This document shows positions 24,646-38,309 of a DNA stretch of 64,000 nucleotides, one piece after another. The DNA lies in assembly GCF_032062105.1 (NCBI RefSeq), contig NW_026925270.1, forward strand, positions 186,001 to 250,000, written 5' to 3'. Source of the stretch: Saccostrea cucullata. Its lineage: Eukaryota. The notes beneath the pieces are model-generated. The model was not told where the DNA came from. It was given only the letters and a program-made list of their open reading frames with translations, and searched no databases. How positions within the stretch are numbered: the stretch's first letter is position 1; each line of letters opens with the position of its first letter. A program made the position numbers and the translations under genes.

Positions 24646-25086
24646 GCGCTAAAAATGAAGAAATTAAAGCCGGATTTTTTTCCTTCCTTCTCTGGTTTTG
24701 CATTTAGCACGCGACAAGCTTTTCCTGTGGCATGATATTCACAAGTTTTTGGATTAAACTAACTAAAACATTCATTAATTGATGAAATTCGAAGTTTTGC
24801 ATCTCTAACAACTGTAAAATTAAGAAAAGGTACTCAAGATTAAGAGCTAAATTATATAGACAGTATTTACAGGAAAATGACTTGATTTTTTTCTGATTGA
24901 TTGTAATCCCTCCGTTTCCAAGTTCAAAACAGACCTAAATATTGAATTAGGTCTGTGTTCAAAATTGATGTAACACCGATGACACAGAAATACCTGTCAT
25001 CAAAAAAAGTCAATCTATGATGTAACTAAAAACTACCACATTTTAATTTTTATAGAATAATTTACAACAAAACCAGAAGAATTAAA

Positions 25087-25755
25087 CAGGTCCAGTACAA
25101 TCACTAGATTCAGCTATTTAGGTAGATTTACCTTGTAGCTTGATTTACCTACCTCAGGTAGCTTTATTTAGCTATTTCAATGCAACTTTTCAAAATTTTT
25201 CTTTTTATTTAAAAGAGAAAAAAAATCGCAAGTATATGACTATTAATGTTTATACTAGTGAGGTTTTAAAAAACAATCCAAAGCAGGGATAGTTTATACA
25301 TTTACTGCATTTGGACAATTTAGAGCAAAACATGTAATTCCATTGTTTGGGTAAATGTCCCCTCTCTTGCGTGCGGTGATCGAGGCATCACTGAGTATGA
25401 TTACTTTTTATTGTGCTGAATAATTACTAATCTATTATTAAGTTAACCAGAACTGGACTTCTTTGTCATTTCATTCAAGGAGTAACTGTTTTAACTGTCA
25501 TACATAGCCCCAAAACTTCCAGAACTTTCATTGCGCAGAAAAAGACATTTCTTCAAGAGGGATTTTTTCATGAATTGTTTTCCGATGAGTAGGTAAGTTA
25601 AAAATGATCACTGCATCAAAATGAGATTTTCTGCACATCCTGAGAAAAATGCTTTTTTATAGAAATAAATTGATTTGGTAGCTAAATAAAGCTACCTCAG
25701 GTACGTAAATAAAGCTAGTAGGTAAATCAAGCTAAATAGCTAAATAAAAGACCTG
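25087..25755. mobile_element. Degenerate MITE with CAGGTC...GACCTG ends and subterminal inverted repeats
   Basis: aggtagctttatttagcta versus tagctaaataaagctacct. The terminus caggtccagtacaa resembles the 53474 element. Confidence 0.55.
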
Positions 25756-26085
25756 AGAAATACCACAAACAATGATAAAACAAAAAATAACCACAATTTT
25801 TGATGAATTCAACTAAAAATTTACCACGCGCTAAAAGATTAGAAGGAGATTAGACATTTTACGTGTACCTCATCCTGTCTGGAATAATATTATTTAACTT
25901 TAGACAAATTTACTTGTGTCATACTTAAAATAAAGAACATGTACTAAAGTTTTCATTTAACGATATTAAAATATTTTGTTATTTACACACATGTATAATT
26001 ATTTAAAGAGACTGGCCATGATGTTATTTGATAATACTGCCTTTATATAATAATTTCTTACAGAGGAATGCAATGTAGAGAGTAA

Positions 26086-29000
26086 ATGTTGATGAGTGAA
26101 GAAATGAAGGCCGTACAGATTAAAGTAAAACATATCATCAGATTAGTTATTATACTGGTCATAGCTATCATCATTATCCTGTATGGTTTACCATTATTTC
26201 ATCACCCTAAATACAGACAGATGACTCAACTTGAAATAGGTAAGAAATGTTTATTGTGCTCATTATACGTACAGTCTGCTGTGTGCATATATCAAAACTT
26301 ACAATGATAAGTATTATATTTATATGTACATGTAATAATGCAATGTGTTTTATTGAAATATTCTCTTTTCCTCTCAACTTTTTTGGAATGTAAAAGAGGA
26401 AAATCACTTTCATTAATTCAAAAGAAATAAAGGATAATAATAATTGTTTAAAATTCAAAGAATGTTCCTTTTTGCACTTCTTTTTGATACAAGTTGAATG
26501 TAAATTTTAAAGGGACATAAATTGAACAGAACAGATTACCGTAAAATCACATATTTTCATGGGATCAAACTTCGAGGTTTGAGGAAAAAATAATGTTTTG
26601 TGGAGATTTGATTTTGTTGTAAGAGAATGTATATAAGTATTAATGCATATGAAATTTGAAATTCCGTGATGGTCGTAAATTCATGGGTTTCTCCATGCCT
26701 TGAAAATAATGAAAATTAACCCCACCCCCATGAAATTAGTGATTTCACAGTATTTCAGCTTTATTTATAATCATTATTCTTTCTATATCACATACATGCA
26801 TATACAAATATAGTTGAATTTATTTCTAAAACTAGCAATTGAAATTTTCTCATTTGGAGGTTTTAATTTATGTTTATCATTTTATTGCTTTACTTCTATC
26901 TGCAGAATCTATATACAAAAAGGTGAAGAATGAAGAAGGAAAGATGTACCAGAGTGAAGGGAGTCTGAAATTCAAGAAAAGGAAATTCTACTTAGATGGA
27001 AAGCCCTTCAGGATTTTCAGTGGAGCCTTCCATTACTTCAGGGTTCTTCCCCAGTACTGGAACGAGACATTCATGAAGATGAAAGCTTGTGGACTAAATA
27101 CTGTAGAAACGTTAGTCATTGTTACTCCTTTCTTGTAGAAAGTGATACATCTGTAGTTCTATAGAATGAAAAATCATTGAAATCTTGAGACATGGAATCA
27201 ATTATTTTGTTATTATACCCCAGCTCCAAAGGAGAGGGGGTGTACTGTTTTACCATGGTGTGTATGTGTGTCTGTCCATAAAAAAATATTTGTTGCAGTT
27301 TTCTCAGCATCTACTCATTTTATTCTTTAGGCTTTTATCATGTATAGTAGGTCATATCCTGGGATTCATTTTTGTATGAATTCAATGTCAACATGAAAAG
27401 GTGTATTCATATCAGAGCCAGAGTTTTACATGTGAGCATTTGCTCACAGACTTCTAGTTTATTATTATTTTTTAAATCTATTTAAAACTTTATTTCATAA
27501 TTCTGTGTATTTTACACAGGTATGTTGCATGGAATGTTCATGAAGAAGTCAGTGGTCAGTTTAATTTTGTAGGAAATCATGGACTTCTAAATGTGAGGTA
27601 AGTACCTGTACCAACTTGTACTGTGTCTTTGGTATAACCCAATCTCTGATGATGCTGTAAAGAAATCCTGGCTTATAATTGGTTGAAGACTGGAGTACAT
27701 GTTGTGTATATGTTGTATAATATAGCAAGGAGAAACAATTCTACAAACCACTGCAGTTTTGTAGTAAATCGTTACAGAAAGATACATAGTGATAAATTTT
27801 GTACATGGATCATTATAAATGTATTTCATTTTATCCGCAAACTTCACTGAATGTTTTAAAGCCACAGGGTGTGAAAATCACTTTATCAAAGCCATGATAA
27901 CCATCAATTCATTATTAGCAGCATGTTCTACAGTAAGTTTTTCTTTTTTTAGGGAGTTTATTCAGACAGCTAAGGCCCATGGATTGTTTGTAATTTTACG
28001 CCCCGGTCCATATATTTGCTCAGAGTGGGAATTTGGTGGTCTTCCTAGGTAACCTTCAGTTCAGTTTCACTGAAATAAATACCTATTAAATTCAGTAATT
28101 ACAGTAACTATAATTATAATACTTATATATCACAAGTAAAATTCGATTTAATGAATATAATATTGACAATGATAGTTTTTTCCTCTTTCATGAATTTAAG
28201 CTGGCTGTTGAATGATGATGAAATGAAGGTACGGTCTAATTATGAAGGCTACCTCAAAGCTGTGGACAGATATTTTGCACATCTTCTAACACAAATCCAG
28301 GATCTACAGGTAGAAAATAGAACCTCTAAATTGATGCCCAAAAATATCAATTATTTTTATGTAAAGTTAAAAGGAATTATATGCAAGTAAGGTGACTTAG
28401 ATCAGAAGCTGTAAGCATGGTATGGTTCTAATGTACTTAATCCTTGGTATCTCATACATTAATATTTTTCTCAGTTATACATTTGGACTCATCCCATTTG
28501 AATTTCCTTTCAGTATGGTAAAGGAGGTCCTATTATTGCATTCCAAATTGAGAATGAGTTTGCATCCTACAGTACAGAAGTAGACCATTTAAAGACCTTA
28601 AAGAAGGTTAGTTTCTTCAAATCTTGAATTCATGAATTAATTTACACATCAAATGTTAATTTGCTCTGAAGCACATTGATTCTTTATACATGCATGTATA
28701 TATGTACATGTATAATACCGGTATGATTAATTGATATAGGAAAAGAATTCCTCCAAATATTTGAGAAATAAATGTCCATTGATTCATTTCACATGAATTT
28801 TATAGATGATGAAGAAACATGGAGTGGTGGAGGTGTTCTTTACCTCTGACTCTGAGATATCTAGTTGGAAAAATGGACTGCATTCCATTGTTTATGGTAG
28901 GTTATTGTATAATATTCCCAGTTCTAATTTTTTTTCTTGTGATTTTTATTTCTTGATAATTCTGCCGGAATGTAAATTAGGCAGGTCGATAGGTCGGGAG

Positions 29001-32000
29001 CTAAGGAGGCCTAATACGCATGCAATTCTCGTGCGCATCTGTCTCTGTGTCTGACGCTAAGGAGGCCAAATATGCATGTAAATCTCGTGCGGCTGCCTTT
29101 GTTTGACGTCGGTTGGCGAGGACTATTGAAATTGGCATGGAAGTCATCATTGATTTAAATTTATTCATCTACATTTTTAAAGTCTAAATCTACAATTTTA
29201 TTTCACAATGTATAATTGATTCCTTAAATTGTTTTTTCTTAATTTCTTCCAGAAAATTTTGTTACATATTTATTTTTCATGCAATTTTAGTTTTGCTGCC
29301 TTCATCATTTGACAGAACTGTGGAATAAGTCTGAACAAACACACATTTTTTTGCATGTCATGGTTACTTTGGTACATGTTGATGGAAATTTAACATTTTG
29401 CATGTAATGTATTTAAAAAAAAACTGCCCTGTAGTTAAACTGTTGGACAATTATAAGTCTTGTAGAAGAATCCTGTATTTCTTTTTAGAGGCTCTGCCCA
29501 CGGTGAATTTTAAGGAACTGAATGCTGGAGGACAACAGCTGATGGATTTTGTCCGTGGTCTCAGTGAAGAGTTCCCCCTCTTTGTCATGGAGTACTGGTC
29601 AGGGTGGTTTGATGAATGGGGAAGGCCCCACAGCAGAGATTTAGATACAGAGAGTGAGTATAATGTCTTCATTTACAAACTCATGTAAGCATTTTCTTAG
29701 ATATAGAAATAATTATCCAGAAATGTACATTTCACTTCAAAATTCAGCAGTAATTTGATGTTAATAATTTTTTAATAACCATCAAAGCAAATTTAGACAA
29801 GCTCATTTTTGAGAATATTTGCAACTTGTATGCATATCATTTCAGGACTGAAGGAAATTTTAACAAAGTTGTTAGAGGAGGGGGCATCAATTAATTTTTA
29901 CATGTTCAGAGGGGGCACAAACTTTGGATTTATGAATGGAGGAAATTATCTACATAAACAGTACAGTCCAGTAACTACAAGTTATGGTAAGATTTTTTTT
30001 TAAATTCCCCTGCCTCCCTAAGGTCACCAAGTTAAAGGTCAATTGTCAAATCAGGACAAATATATTGACTGCTTATAGTTACTAGAGAACTCTTTAGCTG
30101 ACAGACATCAAACTTTGAATTACTCAGTATGTTTGCCTCAACAAATAGGTTTGTATCTATTTTCTCACTATAATTACAGAAATTCAGAATTAAGTTGACC
30201 CTTTTAATATTGTCAAACAGTGATCATATATGTTTCTCAAACATCTATTGTTTACTTGTTGTTTGGTTTAATAAAAAGAAGAAACTATACATGTATGAAT
30301 GTGTCTGCTGGTTATTAGCAGGTTTAATGTTGCAGAGATGTTTTTGTTACATTTGTCAAGTATAAGCCAGTAACAATCTGTGACCTTTAACCTTTGCTGT
30401 AGATTACATGGCTCCATTATCCGAGGCAGGAGACATGACAGAGAAGTACCGCATCATCCGAGAACTTTTACTTCAGTACCAGGACGACGTCCGTCATTTC
30501 CACGGAGCAACACTGAAAGAAATTCCACCAGACACTGAAAAAACTGCTTATGGAACAGTGCCAATCAAACAGTATCTGCCTTTTGAGAAAATGGTGGATG
30601 AAATGAAAGTATGGTCATTAAATGTTGTACATATAGAAAGAGCATATTCAAAAGAACAAAATATTTCTTTGATCTCATATTTGAAGTATCTGGCATAAAG
30701 CAATATGCATTTATTGAGAAAACTTTTTCAGCAGATGGTAATAGAATCCAAGAATATTGATTCCATGGAGCATCTCACTTTACATCATGGAGGGGGGCAG
30801 AACTATGGCTTTATACTGTACAGGAAAATCTTGCCAAAGATCAGAAAATTAGAAATAAAAGGTTTAATGCAGGACCGTATGCAGGTCAGTAGACACTGGT
30901 TTTAATTTTGTGAAACATGTAGATAGATAAACTATTTATATAAAATAAAATTCAACTTGGTTGATAATCTAAGTCATAGCAGGAATTTTATATGTAAATC
31001 AATTACTACATATCTGTTCATCATAAATCATTTATATTGTATTCATACCAAATACTGTATAGGGGGAAAATAACTCGCGGTGTTAATATTCGCTATATTC
31101 ACGGTGTTAACAAATCCGTGAATTCAAGAAACAGAAAATAAATTTTCAATAATCTCCATGTTTTATTTGGAAATTTGAGAATAGACTACATAAGATTTAT
31201 ATAGGTGTACGTGCAGTCATTTCAGTAATTGCGAGTAGAACTGTCATTCAATTAATTTTAATTATCACGCTTTACTTTAATTCAAATCGGCAGATGATAA
31301 TTTGTGTTTGTTCAAAAGCTGTTTTAATAGCCAACGCTACATGTTTCATCAAACAAAACACGTGGGCCATGGGTTTTGATTACCTGTGCGTAACTAATGT
31401 CACCACGTGTATTTGTTACCTGCATTCTCATGCATATTAGTTTATGTAGTTTAATTTTATCGACATTTTGGTTTTAAAAGTCTTTCAAATATCGAACTTA
31501 CTGACGAAGGAAGTGTGGAAGGATATTATTTCGTAGAACTACATAAAAAGTTTTATTTCCGTCCAGTGGTTTTTCGCCGCATTGTATTGAAGATCTCGGG
31601 TGCACATGCACTCATAGTAATAGCATATAGGAAAGTCATCTAACTTTTAGGGACTATTAATAACTGCACTTATGTTAATTGATTATTTATGAAATCTAAC
31701 TATTTTATAATAACTTACCCTGTTGTTCGTAAAATAAAGACATAACTCTGATTAATGTCGTTTACATGTAGCTCTGGTATGGATTAAATGGAAACAAGGG
31801 AAGTAACTTTTATTACATACCAAATTCCGCGAATTCAAGAAACCGCGATTGTGTCAGATGAGAGAAAAACGTGAAAATTACAACCCGTTAAATTAATCCC
31901 CTATACAGTAGTTAATGTACATGTACTTAGGCATTTTTTTAATGCTTTATTTTGAAGCTTTTTTCCATATGTATATATACAAACTTAGGCAATATTTTAT

Positions 32001-35000
32001 TCATTATAACAAGGTATTTTGGAATGGTAAAGAGGTGGCTACATATGACTGGAATGAGAATGTTTATGTTATACACATGGACTTAGTGGGGCCTGTAAGA
32101 ATGGATGAGGTAACCATCATGTATTCTTATGTACCATTGTTGTTGTTGAATTGGAGATGTCTTGCATGACTGCGATTTTGATCATTTTAAGATTGTAGTA
32201 TTATATACAGATCTAACAATTTTGTTTTTCAAAGTTTTTTAGCTTTTGTATTATTTTTTAGGCAGTAAAATGCTTAAAAAAGGAACATGTGTACTTATAA
32301 AGTATACATGTAAATGAAAAAAAAAATCATTAGAATCTTTCATACCATAAAATCAGATTTGGATATCATATGTATCTTTTGTTTGAATGATTTTTGTTTT
32401 TATTTAGAAACATAACACACTGGACTTGTTAGTGGAAAATCTTGGAAGAGTTAATTATGTTAAATTTGGTAAAGATACTCTCAATCAAGAATACAAAGGT
32501 ACTGTCTTAATGATTATCATTAATATTACCTAATTCATTTTGTTGAATTGCAAAAAACATATTCTGGGTACAAAACAAGAATACAAGTTTAAGTCAATCC
32601 AAATTTCACTGATTTTTTTTAATGTCATATGGTTTGTATTTTATGTTAAGACAGCAATTTTTTGCTGTATACATGTACATTAGGTTTTTAATAATTAAGT
32701 ATTCTCTCATTACAGGTATAATTGGAGAAGTTTTTGTAAATAATTCCAAAGAAGCCCTAACTGGCTGGAAGATTTATCCAATGGACTTCAGACCTCAGTA
32801 TCTAAACAAGTAAGGCTGCTATTTTCACTTCAACAGAATGCCTAATGCTATTCAGCAGGCAAACTGCCTGTATGTTAAAAATAGAGAAATCACTAAAATC
32901 TTACAATCATCGAACGGTCCAAAGTTTTGGTTTTTGGAGGACCAGATTTGATCTAATACCCATATCGTGATATGACTGTTTGTTTAAAAAAGGTAATTTT
33001 TGTTAGAGTGTATTTGGTATACATACATGTAAATATCTGTCATTGCTAATTTTTTTTGTTGATCTGGTTTACAGTATCTGGCTAAATAGTGGATACAAAC
33101 CCCTCGTTAAGAGAGAAGTATCACCGGCCATCTTTTCTGCAGAGTTTGACATACAGGGTACACCTAAAGACACATTCCTGTCTATGAATGTAAGTCATTG
33201 ACATACAGTGTATACCTAAAGACACATTCCTATCTATGGATGTAAGTTATTGACCTACAGTGTATAACTAAAGACACATTCCTATCTATGGATGTAAGTT
33301 ATTGACTTACAGTGTATAACTAAAGACACATTCCTGTCTATGAATGTAAGTCATTGACATACAGTGTATACCTAAAGACACATTCCTATCTATGGATGTA
33401 AGTTATTGACCTACAGTGTATAACTAAAGACACATTCCTATCTATGGATGTAAGTTATTGACCTACAGTGTATAACTAAAGACACATTCCTGTCAATGGA
33501 TGTAAGTTATTGACATACAGTGTATACTTAAAGACACATTCCTGTCTATAGATGTAAGTTATTTACATACAGGGTACACCTAAAGACACATTCCTATCTA
33601 TGGATGTAAGTTATTGACATTAGGGTACACCTAAAAGAAACGTTCCTTTCCATAGATATAAATTTTCTCTTGAGGGAATAAGTTGTTGTCATTATAAATA
33701 TATAGCAAAATAAGAATGGTATTGCTGTTTGTCTGTTGTAGAAGATAAATATGGAATTTTCTGAAATGAATTATTGTATTAGAAGAACACATTGCTTTTG
33801 AGATGTTTTTTATACGCCCGTCTTAAGACGGGACGTATTATGTTATAGGCTTCATGTCCGTCTGTCTGTCCGTCTGTTAGCTTTTCTCGTGTCCGGCTCA
33901 TAACTTGAATACTATAAGGCCTAGAGTTATCAAACTTTGTCAGCTGATACATCTTGGGTAGAAGGTGTGTCGCGCACAAAAAGTAGGTCGCTCTGACCTA
34001 TAATTAAAAAGTTATAGCCAAATATGGAAAAATCCTGTCCGGTCCATAACTAGAAAACTATTAGACTTAGAATCATCAAACTTGGCCACTTCATGCATCT
34101 TAGATAGAGGGTGTGTCGCGACCTATTTCAAGGTCACTGTGACCTTTAATTTAAGTGAAATAAAAAAAAAATGTCTTTTTTTCTCTTCATTTACACACTC
34201 CAAAAAATGTAAAAGTATTGCACTTTCCTTATTAGAAAAATATTAAATCAAGAAAATACTTATTTTTTTTAGCATATACTTGACAGCAATCTATAACAAA
34301 TGTAATGTATGTTAAAGAAATTCCACCACTCCCATGAGTTTAATTATCAAGCACTGGTCAAGAAGAATTTTGATAACAGAAAATTGCATGTCAAATTAGA
34401 GAGAGAAATTAATGAGTTTAGTGTGAGGAAGAGCATCGGTGCTATCTATATCCCTTGAGTATTGGGCCAAATGGGTAATCCTGTTGGATTAAAAATAGCT
34501 CTTGTTGGCTAGCATAAGTTTTAAAATGAATTTGATGAGAAGTAAATAAAACTAATTTGATTTTGCATAATAAACTATTTTGATATTACATAATATTATG
34601 AACTTTAAAAAACTAATTTTATGGGGGTGGGGTGGAATCAGCATGTCCATATGAATTGCATATTAAAACCTGTCTGCCATTAAATCTAACAAAAAAATCA
34701 TTGAGGTTTTATATGTTTTAAAAATGCTTTATGGTAGATAGTGCAGATCCAATAATCTCTTTGGAGTAATGAGTAGACAAGCATCCAGATTAAGATTAAT
34801 TAATTTGTTCAATGTAGCAAGGCTATAGCTGTCTCAATCATTTCTTCAGAGCATTATCTTAACTGACAGTGTATCCTTTGGGAATTAGACAGAAGAACTG
34901 TTGGTCATTTTATATTTGATGGCCAGCCTTTTATTTTCAAAATTAATTAGGTATAGATTAAGTTGTTAAGACTAATTTGATATTGTTTAATATGATAGGC

Positions 35001-35671
35001 ATTTAGGAAGGTCTAACACAACCAGTATAGAAATCTATGAATGATGCAATATATGTTATAATTAATGCCTACACCACAGGAGATGGATAAACAAATTTTT
35101 TAAGGAGTTGAAAAATCATGGAAATCTAAAATCAAGGTTGACATGATTTTCTTGCACTTTTAATTGTTTAAGATAATTGTAATTTTTTGACGGGCGTATC
35201 ATGCTGTGGCGTGGCACTTTATTAATTCATAAAAACAGTTGTTAGCCAATTTGTTACATGTATTGAAATTAATTAGTTCTATAAAAGCAACATATATTTC
35301 CAGTCCTTGGTGTCTTTTTGTTAAACATAATTTTATTTGTGTATTTGTTTTGTTTTTCAGGGTTGGTCTAAGGGAGTGGTGTTTATTAACCATTTTAATC
35401 TGGGTCGTTACTGGAATCAGGGGCCCCAGAGAACACTCTATGTTCCAGGGAGTATTCTAAAGAACAACAAAGCCAACACAGTAAGTAAACTCACCGTAAC
35501 ATGGATTTTTATTATCCTTTAACAGTTTATTGCTGTTCTGTCAATTGATGGTTCAAAAATAAACTATATTTAATGCATATGAATTTTTATGTGTTGTAGA
35601 TAAGAATATTTGAACAAAAGAAAGCAGGAAAAGAAGTATTTTTTGTGGATTCTCCTGATCTGGGAGGCTAA
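26086..35671 (+). CDS. GLB1L2-like: Beta-galactosidase, GH35 (GLB1L2/GLB1L3-like), ~692 aa, with N-terminal hydrophobic anchor
   Basis: 17 coding exons: 26086-26239, 26906-27110, 27520-27597, 27953-28048, 28201-28309, 28514-28606, 28806-28896, 29489-29653, 29846-29986, 30403-30608, 30732-30884, 32014-32109, 32408-32498, 32716-32809, 33075-33189, 35361-35480, 35600-35671. Motifs: [25 protein letters not shown], acid/base QIENEF, nucleophile [51 protein letters not shown]. Confidence 0.95.
26537..26752. mobile_element. Short TA-flanked MITE (Tc1/mariner-like); related fragment at ~10140-10260
   Basis: taccgtaaaatcac at the left end and gtgatttcacagta at the right end form inverted termini. Confidence 0.55.
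27209..27458 (+). mobile_element. Short Helentron/HINE-like element (family of 61177)
   Basis: 5' ttattatacccc..hairpin, gtctgtcc microsatellite, 3' gtgagc..gctcacag..ctagtt. Confidence 0.55.
28951..29210. repeat. Dispersed ~260-bp repeat (inverted copy of 20270-20531)
   Basis: Direct comparison with the reverse complement of 20270-20531. Confidence 0.85.
31055..31908. mobile_element. MITE with CTGTATAGGGG TIRs and TA TSD (Tc1/mariner-like)
   Basis: TA|ctgtataggggg at the left end and cccctatacag|TA at the right end. Internal (c/g)tgaattcaagaaac motif near both ends. Confidence 0.75.
33147..33655 (+). repeat. 52-bp tandem repeat (~9.5 copies) made of the beta-galactosidase exon-15 3' end plus its splice donor
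   Basis: Unit tgacatacag(g/t)gta(c/t)acctaaagacacattcct(g/a)tctatg(a/g)atgtaagt(c/t)at begins at 33147, 33199, 33251 and so on. The first copy is coding. Confidence 0.95.
33806..35222 (+). mobile_element. Helentron/HINE-like non-autonomous element
   Basis: 5' tttttatacgcccgtc(ttaa)gacggg hairpin, gtccgtctgtc microsatellite, subterminal inverted copy gacgggcgtat at ~35190 followed by a short 3' hairpin. Confidence 0.7.
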
Positions 35672-36599
35672 GTGTAGTGTTGTTCACGTCTGAAAAGTGA
35701 AACTGTTCAAATAAACAGTTATATGGTGCATTCCCTGTTACATGTATAAAGAAAATGTTCATGTTAATTACTTAGTTCTTTAAACTTTTGATTGACAACT
35801 TTGTAATTATTATTAAGGCTGGTGATTAATGAAAAGAAAATTAACTAAATTTACTGGTATATATCTAAACTAAATGTATAAACAGAATTTTCTTCCTCTC
35901 CCAATCTTTATTCTAGATATGTTCACAACATGTGTTGCTATTACTATGCTATACATATCTTGAAATATGCATATTCTGTGATATTTACACACTTGTCTTT
36001 GTGTGGATGTTTATAAAACATGCACCTGTAATGTTTTGTTTTCAAAGTTAAGCATTATTTAAAGCCTTTTTTAAAATCTTGATTGTGGATTTCACTTCAC
36101 ATATTGCAAAAGCTATCTGCTTCCATGCCCATAAATAGGCAGTTGATTAACCTATTAATTGTGAAGATGGATTTTATTTGTTGAAGAGCATTGTATTGGT
36201 GCTATGTTCTGCTTTGTAAGATACATGTATATTCCTGGTAATAATTTTTTTCAATATTTTTTTTTAAAGTTATAAATTTGAATTTTAATTAAAAACATAT
36301 ACATGAATGTAATATATTTTGATATATGGTTTATTTATATTCTTTGAATCTAAAAATGTTTTTTTAATCTGTAGAATTTATAGCTTGATATAGATACCTG
36401 AATAGATGTATGTCACTTTGAAAATTTTGTTTAGATAGCTTCATTTTCATTGGATGAGCACGGGCCGTAATGATGCACAAGAGTGAATGTAGATTGAGTG
36501 AAATTTACATGAGGAATCTAAATGTGTCAAACACAATGTTTCATTTAATTTAACTTTTAAATAGTTTCTGTTTTCTTTGTTTGTATATAAATATTAAAC

Positions 36600-37346
36600 C
36601 ACTTTATCCATGGTTTATGAATTTTTTCTTAATCATTATACAAGTCCTTTCTCCCTTGTTATATTCATAGCACTTGGCCCCACCCTACCCACAGGGGCCT
36701 TAACTTTTTTTTTACAATATAGAATATACACTACATCAGGATGCTTTCACATAAGATTCAGCTTTTCTGGTCCAGCATTTTTTGAGAAGATTTTTAAAGA
36801 ATGTTCCTGTATACATGTATTTTAATATAAGACATGTTTTTCCTATTATGGCCCGGATTGGCCCCACACTTCCCCCAGGTATCATGATTTGAACAATTTA
36901 GAATCTACCCCAGAATGCTTTCACATAATATATGTTTCAGCTTTTCTGACCCAGAGAAGATTGAAAAGAAGATTTTGAAACATTTTCCCATATATTTCAA
37001 TGTAAAACTTGAATTCCTTACTGTGGCTCCACTCTACCCTGGGGACTATGATTTTAAAAATTTAGAATCTACACCACCCTAGATTATTTTCACACAAGTT
37101 TCAGCTTTTCTGACCCAGTGGTTCTTGAGAAGATTTTTTTAATGGCACGGTACACCTTAATTTTGTCATCTCTCGATTATCTCCCCTGGTAAGGGAGCTT
37201 GGTCCTTTATTTCAAAATTTTACACTTTCCTCCACCCAAGGATGCGTTGTACCAGGTTTGGTTTAAATTAGCCCAGTGGTTCTTGAAAAGTTCAAAATTT
37301 GAAAAGTTTAAAGACGGGCGGATGGAAAAAGGGTGATCAGAAAAGG

Positions 37347-37378
<32 letters not shown>
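36600..37378 (-). mobile_element. Helentron/HINE-like element with satellite-like tandem units
   Basis: Terminus tgagctttcagctcaggtgagctaaaa. Repeated units tagaatctac..tgctttcaca..ttcagcttttctg..gaagattttt. The left boundary is approximate. Confidence 0.7.
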
Positions 37379-37379
<1 letters not shown>

Positions 37380-37436
37380 TATTTTTTTTTTAAATGCACT
37401 TATCTTTATCTTTTTTTGATTTCAACATGGATGTTG

Positions 37437-37757
37437 CAGGCACATAGCAACCCCCCCCCTCTTTTTTTCCCAACATAACTTTTACTATTGAAATTTTACT
37501 TGAAAGGCTGGTCCCCCCACTTTTTACTACAGTAAAGTGATATAAGGGAAATGTAGTATTGTATACCCAAAAAATTGGTACGGAAAGAATTTGTAGTGAA
37601 TAAATTGGCTCCCCCCTCCCCCCCCCCCCTCCTCACGAAATAGGATTTTCGAATTTGGCCGGGGTTTTTTTGTTTGCTTGTCAACTTTTTCAGGTAAGTA
37701 AAAAAAAATATCTCTGGCTGCACCCCCCCCCCTTTCAAAAACGATGCTACGTCACTG
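37437..37757. mobile_element. Non-autonomous DNA element, CAG..CTG termini, 5-bp TSD TGTTG (hAT5-like)
   Basis: TGTTG|caggcacatagca at the left end and tgctacgtcactg|TGTTG at the right end. Same family as 62050-62412. Confidence 0.8.
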
Positions 37758-37816
37758 TGTTGTCCTTGTTACTATAAAAAGCGTATTATAGTCTCAAAGG
37801 GAAATGAAACTCGGGA

Positions 37817-38275
37817 TTTTTAGGTCACCTGAGTAACTCAGGTGACCTGTGGCTATCTGTTTTCGTCCGTCGTCGTCCGTACCTGAGTAACTCAGGTGAC
37901 CTGTGGCTATCTGTTTTCGTCCGTCGTCGTCCGTCGTGCGTCGTGTGTCTTGTTTTAACATTTGAACATTTTCAGCTTCTTCTCTGAAACCACTGAACCA
38001 ATTTCAACCAAATTTGGTATACAGCATCTATGGGTAAAAGGGAACAAAAATTGTGAATTTCATGGTCCCTGCCCCCTGGGGCCTGATGGGTGGGGCCAAA
38101 ACTAAAATTAGTGCAATCTTTTACAATCTTTTTCTTTACTCCTGGACATCAAGCAGGCAAACTATTGGCATGAATGTAATGAGCATTGAGTCCGCTACCA
38201 AAATTGTGAAATTCATGGCCCCAGGGTCAGGGGTTCTAGTTCTAGGGCGGGGCTATATATATTATAATTATAGTG

Positions 38276-38309
<34 letters not shown>

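Noticed and set aside
25869-25873. ATG AG|GT as first exon of the EGF-array gene
   Set aside because: A closer exon (23346-23276) supplies a signal peptide, a consensus GTAAGT donor and the correct phase.
33147-33655. Regular repeat array resembling CRISPR
   Set aside because: Units are contiguous with no unique spacers, there are no cas genes, and the context is a eukaryotic intron.
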